A stretch of 64,000 nt of DNA from Octopus vulgaris (taxonomy: Eukaryota). This document shows, piece after piece, positions 58,745 through 64,000 of this stretch (positions are counted from its first letter, which is position 1; each line of letters begins with the position of its first letter). Under the pieces are notes generated by a model. The model was not told the DNA's origin and made no database searches. It saw nothing but the letters and a program-made list of their open reading frames with translations. The stretch lies in assembly GCA_951406725.2 (NCBI GenBank), contig OX597814.1, positions 3,224,001-3,288,000 on the forward strand. Direction: 5' to 3'. The translations under genes and the position numbers were made by a program.

Positions 58745-58950
58745 CGCACGTGGCTTAGCGGCTTTGGTTTTTGGCTCACAAACGAAAGATCGTGAGTTCG
58801 ATTCACGGCGGCTCGTTGTGACCTTGAGCAAAGGCACTTTATTTCAAATTGCTCCAATCCACTCAACTGGCGAAAATAAGCTGTACCAGTAATTCAAAAG
58901 GGTTTGCATTGGAACCCTCTCATTGTCGTAACCAATGGGAATCTGCCAGT
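58745..58950 (+). mobile_element. SINE family C, internally deleted
   Basis: CGTGGCTTAGCGG...GAGTTCGATTC...GTGACCTTGAGCAAAGGCACTTTATTTC...CCACTCAACTGGCGAAAAT. Confidence 0.7.
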
Positions 58951-59501
58951 CAGTTATTATTACATTTTTTTTTTCCATCTCCTACTTTTCCAGAGACAAT
59001 TTACCTTGGATTGTAACATTTAAGAGTGAAATTTCCTTTGACAGCACTATAGATGAGATTTTAAACGAATGGGCTTCTATTTCTAGCAGATCGAACAACC
59101 ACACAAAGTCTCGCTTGTCGGTAAGGAGTTTTTGGGAGGTAGGCATCTGACACGTCCCCAAAGGTTTAAGGCGATTAGTATTTTGTTATTAATAAGTTTG
59201 TGTAAAGGATATGATGAAGATTAGCTCTTTAAGGACTAAAGCGTTTAGACGACTAAATATCAAGATATTTATGAGTTTCGATGCATGGCAGAGTTTTTGC
59301 ACGAAAACAAGTAATAGTGCTCATGTGGGGATACCTAAGGATTTCAGGTAGGAATTGGGGAAGAAGAACCAGAAAACAGAATGATGATAAGGGACGTGAA
59401 TAAAGAAGGAACCACACGGACGTTTCACATGTACTCTTGGACGAATCAGAGAGGTTCATTATGAAGACCAGAAGTTCACCGCTTGTTTCTGACTCTTCCT
59501 T

Positions 59502-59568
59502 TGCCGAAGACTTTGGTGCCGAAGACTTTGGTGCCGAAGACTTTGGTGCCGAAGACTTTGGTGCCGAA
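59502..59568. repeat. 15-bp tandem repeat, about 4.5 copies
   Basis: (TGCCGAAGACTTTGG)n. Confidence 0.9.
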
Positions 59569-59748
59569 GGCATTGATGAAGTCAAAAGCAAGCAGTTGAA
59601 ACAACATGGTATCAATATCGTAGCAGACTTTGCTGGTAGTTGTCAGAGATCAACACGTCGAGATTACAGGGAACTCCCCCAAAAACCAAGGCACCGGAAT
59701 GGTAGAATGTGTAAGTGCGGTTATATATATAAATATATATATAAATTT

Positions 59749-59812
<64 letters not shown>

Positions 59813-59971
59813 ACATACCTACATACATACATTCATACATACATACATACATACATACATGTGTGTGTGTGTGTGTGTGATATGCCGCTATATAACTATG
59901 CATGTATATATAAATATATATGTAGGTATGTACATATATGTATGTATATATGCATATATTTATATAATATT

Positions 59972-60012
<41 letters not shown>

Positions 60013-60056
60013 AATATATTATATATGTTATACATATATATATATTATATATATAT

Positions 60057-60095
<39 letters not shown>

Positions 60096-60563
60096 TGTAT
60101 ATGTAAAATATAAATATATATATATATCAATAATAAAAGGGTAAAATCAATTAATTATTAATTAATTTCACCAAGTAGTGTTCAGTATGTAAAAGGACCA
60201 TTCAAGGTATATTCGAAATATTACGTTATATAATTAGTTATATAATTATATAACGTTATATATATATATATATATATGTACAATATATGATTCTATGCAA
60301 ATACAAATATTTATACACACATATTCAAGTGCGTGTGTATGTGTGTAAGAGTGTGTGTGTAATGAACTGATAGTAACTGATAGTTAGGGAGGGCGGGTGT
60401 GGAAGAGACAGATAGTTATATATGCATGTATACACACACGCACACACACATAAACGTTAATATATAAAATGAGGTTGTAGTTAAGAATAGTGGAAGGCAG
60501 ATAGATAAATGCGTATACATACATATATATATATATGGGTGTGTGTGTGTGTAGAAACATATG

Positions 60564-60604
<41 letters not shown>

Positions 60605-60956
60605 GCACACTCACACAGGCACACAAACTTATTTGAACAAGTACGTATGTTATGAAATATATATATATATGTGTGTATATACATAATGAGGTGGTGGTCA
60701 TGGGTGGCATTGTAAGGCAGATAAACATACTAACCGCTCTCAAGACGGGCCTCTCCGTAATATTTGCTTGATATTTCCGCTAGAGATATGTTCTGCCAAC
60801 AGTCATCTGAATAAGTAACATGGAAGAATTAGGGATCTGCTTGGGAGAACCTCATCATAATACTAGAACATAGTCCTACACTTCAACCAACCGCCCACCT
60901 TTCAATACAGAACCGAAACCGTACCCAAATCATCCATAGGATATATATATTACATA

Positions 60957-61017
<61 letters not shown>

Positions 61018-61204
61018 AAATTATATATATATATGCAAGCATATATACCTATACATATACAGTAACAAATTCACGGAAATATTTAAATTTTATAATTTTT
61101 GTTATAAACATTATTTTCATTACTATTTTTATTATCGTTATTATTGTTATCATAATTATCACTACCATTAATATAATCATTATTATTATCAATATTAATA
61201 TTAA

Positions 61205-61256
<52 letters not shown>

Positions 61257-61417
61257 TATTAGTGGGAATCCAGGATATTTCTTAAATTTATACATACATG
61301 CACACATACCCATGTGCATGGGTAACTGTATATTTGCATATATATATATATATATATGCACTCATATATATATATGCGTATATATATGCATATGTATATA
61401 TGCTTATATATATATAC

Positions 61418-61455
<38 letters not shown>

Positions 61456-61814
61456 ATATACATATATATATATACACACACATATATATATACAAGTAGT
61501 AGACATGTATGTATACTTAAGTGTGTACAAATATTATAAACGATTACATGAAAACAAGAGTGCTAGTTAAATTTATATCATATTAGTGTTACAAAGTCAT
61601 TAAAATTATCTCCTAAAAATTAACACTAATAATTAACCTAATTAAGCCTAGCTATTGTCCAGGTTCTAGCAGTTTAATGACTAATGACCAGTGTGATTTA
61701 TGATAGACTTGACTATTGGCAGACCTTTGGAAGAATTGATCAGATTGCAGATTTATGGAAAAGGGATAGGATATATATATATATCTGTATATATACATAC
61801 ATATATATATATGT

Positions 61815-61858
<44 letters not shown>

Positions 61859-62256
61859 TGTTTGTGTAGAGAGATGTATGTATTTATAAATATACATGTT
61901 CTTCAATACAGGTGTGCATATATGTGCGCATGTGTTAAATATATATATATATAGATAGATAGATAGATAGTTAGATAGATAGATTGATAGATATATTATG
62001 CATGTGTGTGTATATTTATATGCCTGTGTGTGGGTATGTATACATATATATATATACACATACATACATATATAATATATATACATATATATATATATAT
62101 ATACATATATATACATACATATATATATATATATATATAAATTTATATATATGATATATATTTTGTTTTGTATTTATTTACATATATAAGCATATATACG
62201 CTTACTTTTCTTTGTATTTTGTCTTCATGGATTTGTATTGGAAACCAGAGTAGCTA

Positions 62257-62304
<48 letters not shown>

Positions 62305-62665
62305 TGTCTGTCTGTCTGTCTGTCTGTCTTTCTGTCTGTCTGCAAGTGTACAGAGGGATATATTATGTAAGCATTCGATAAAATCCTTCGCTGCAGGGAG
62401 GAGTCCATATGTTCAAAATCTGCTGACAGAAAAGTAATAACATAAATAGAGATGTGCACAGCCCAAATATATATATATATATATATATCTGTGTGTGTGT
62501 GTGTGTAAGTCGGTCTTTCTGTCTGTGTGTGTGCAGAAGCGTACACACACCTACATGTGTATGGGGAGGGGGGGGTGACTGCCTGTGGGCGTATCTGTAA
62601 CTGCACAGGTATACATGTGTAAAATTGTGTTTATAACATGAAGTATACATTTATATGCATGTATT

Positions 62666-62716
<51 letters not shown>

Positions 62717-62947
62717 ATGTGTGTGTGTGTGTGCACGCAGACAATATGCACTCATATATGTATATATAGAGAGATGGAGACAGAGTAAGAAAGAGACAAA
62801 CCGGGGGGGAGGCGGGGGTGTATATGTAGAGAAATGAGACTCCATGAAATAATGTATGGATTGTGTATGCATGTTTATATATACACACAGACACACAGAC
62901 ACACACTCATATAAAGAAAGATTTATTATATACACAATCAGCATGTT

Positions 62948-62986
<39 letters not shown>

Positions 62987-62992
62987 CAATCA

Positions 62993-63032
<40 letters not shown>

Positions 63033-63215
63033 CATTCATATATGTATATATACATTCATATATATATACACATACACATTCATATTTATATGTAAAGTTT
63101 TATATACACATATGTTATAACATATGTATGGCTATATATATATATATATATATATGTTATAACATATGTATGGCTATATATATATATATATATATATGTT
63201 ATAACATATGTATGG

Positions 63216-63279
<64 letters not shown>

Positions 63280-64000
63280 TATATTCGTGCGTACCGTCTG
63301 TGTGTGTTCTACGTCGTTGTACACAGGTCTAAAGATATCTGCAGACTGTTCGCAAATACACTGTAAAAGTTTCTATCTCTATACACAGTGTATAGCGGAG
63401 AGGTTCTCAAAACCGATTTGCGTTCAATAATTAACGTTAGTACTATATAATACATACATGATGCACAGTCATACACACACACAGACACACAGACACACCC
63501 ACAACATACACACGCACACATACACATACATAAATAGATAGATACATGTGTATTTATACATGTGTGTATAATTTATCCATATATCAAAAAATATATATAT
63601 ATATATGCATATGTAAGCATGTATATATACGTATAGATACACACATATATATATATGTTTATATTTACATAGATATGCATATGTGCACGTGCACACACAC
63701 ACTTTTATAAGCCTAGCTACCAAAGCCCTCCTGTCGTGACCACAACGCCTCTTTTTTATTTTTTTTCCTTGACTTTCTCATCTCCCTTCATCTACATTAA
63801 CTAAAATGTTCCTAACCTCATTTTTTGCTTCGTTGTTTAAGACTTGTGTGTCTCTTATTTCATGAATGATATTTAACTGGTATTTCTAGCAAATCGGGAA
63901 CCATTACGTAGAAACCAACTTCCTTGGCACGAATTTAATGATGTCTGCGAACGTTTTAAAGAGAACTCTAAGCACTGTTGTTGTTGTTGTTAATGATGGT

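Overview
Eukaryotic, AT-rich, extremely microsatellite-dense genomic DNA. The SINE families and repeat landscape are most consistent with a coleoid cephalopod (Octopus-like); this is inference. Nearly all ORFs in the supplied track are artefacts of simple repeats. The only host coding sequence I can support is missing from that track: a 146-bp minus-strand exon (43109-43254) encoding the N-terminal zinc finger of a GATA1/2/3-class transcription factor. I found no neighbouring exons, so the rest of the window is probably intron. It holds many tRNA-derived SINEs of three families, a 5'-truncated L1/Tx1-like LINE embedded in (GATA)n, CR1/L2-like LINE tails, hAT-like MITEs and minisatellites. The most striking non-coding signal is a (TA)n-embedded, Penelope-like repeat family carrying type I hammerhead ribozymes. 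It occurs twice as near-perfect fold-back palindromes (529-649, 9854-9985) and once as a single motif with an intact core on the GATA sense strand (23985-24035). Other highlights: two SINE families share 3' ends with LINE fragments in the window, the GATA exon has a NAGNAG acceptor like human GATA3, and there is a dense TAATTA cluster.
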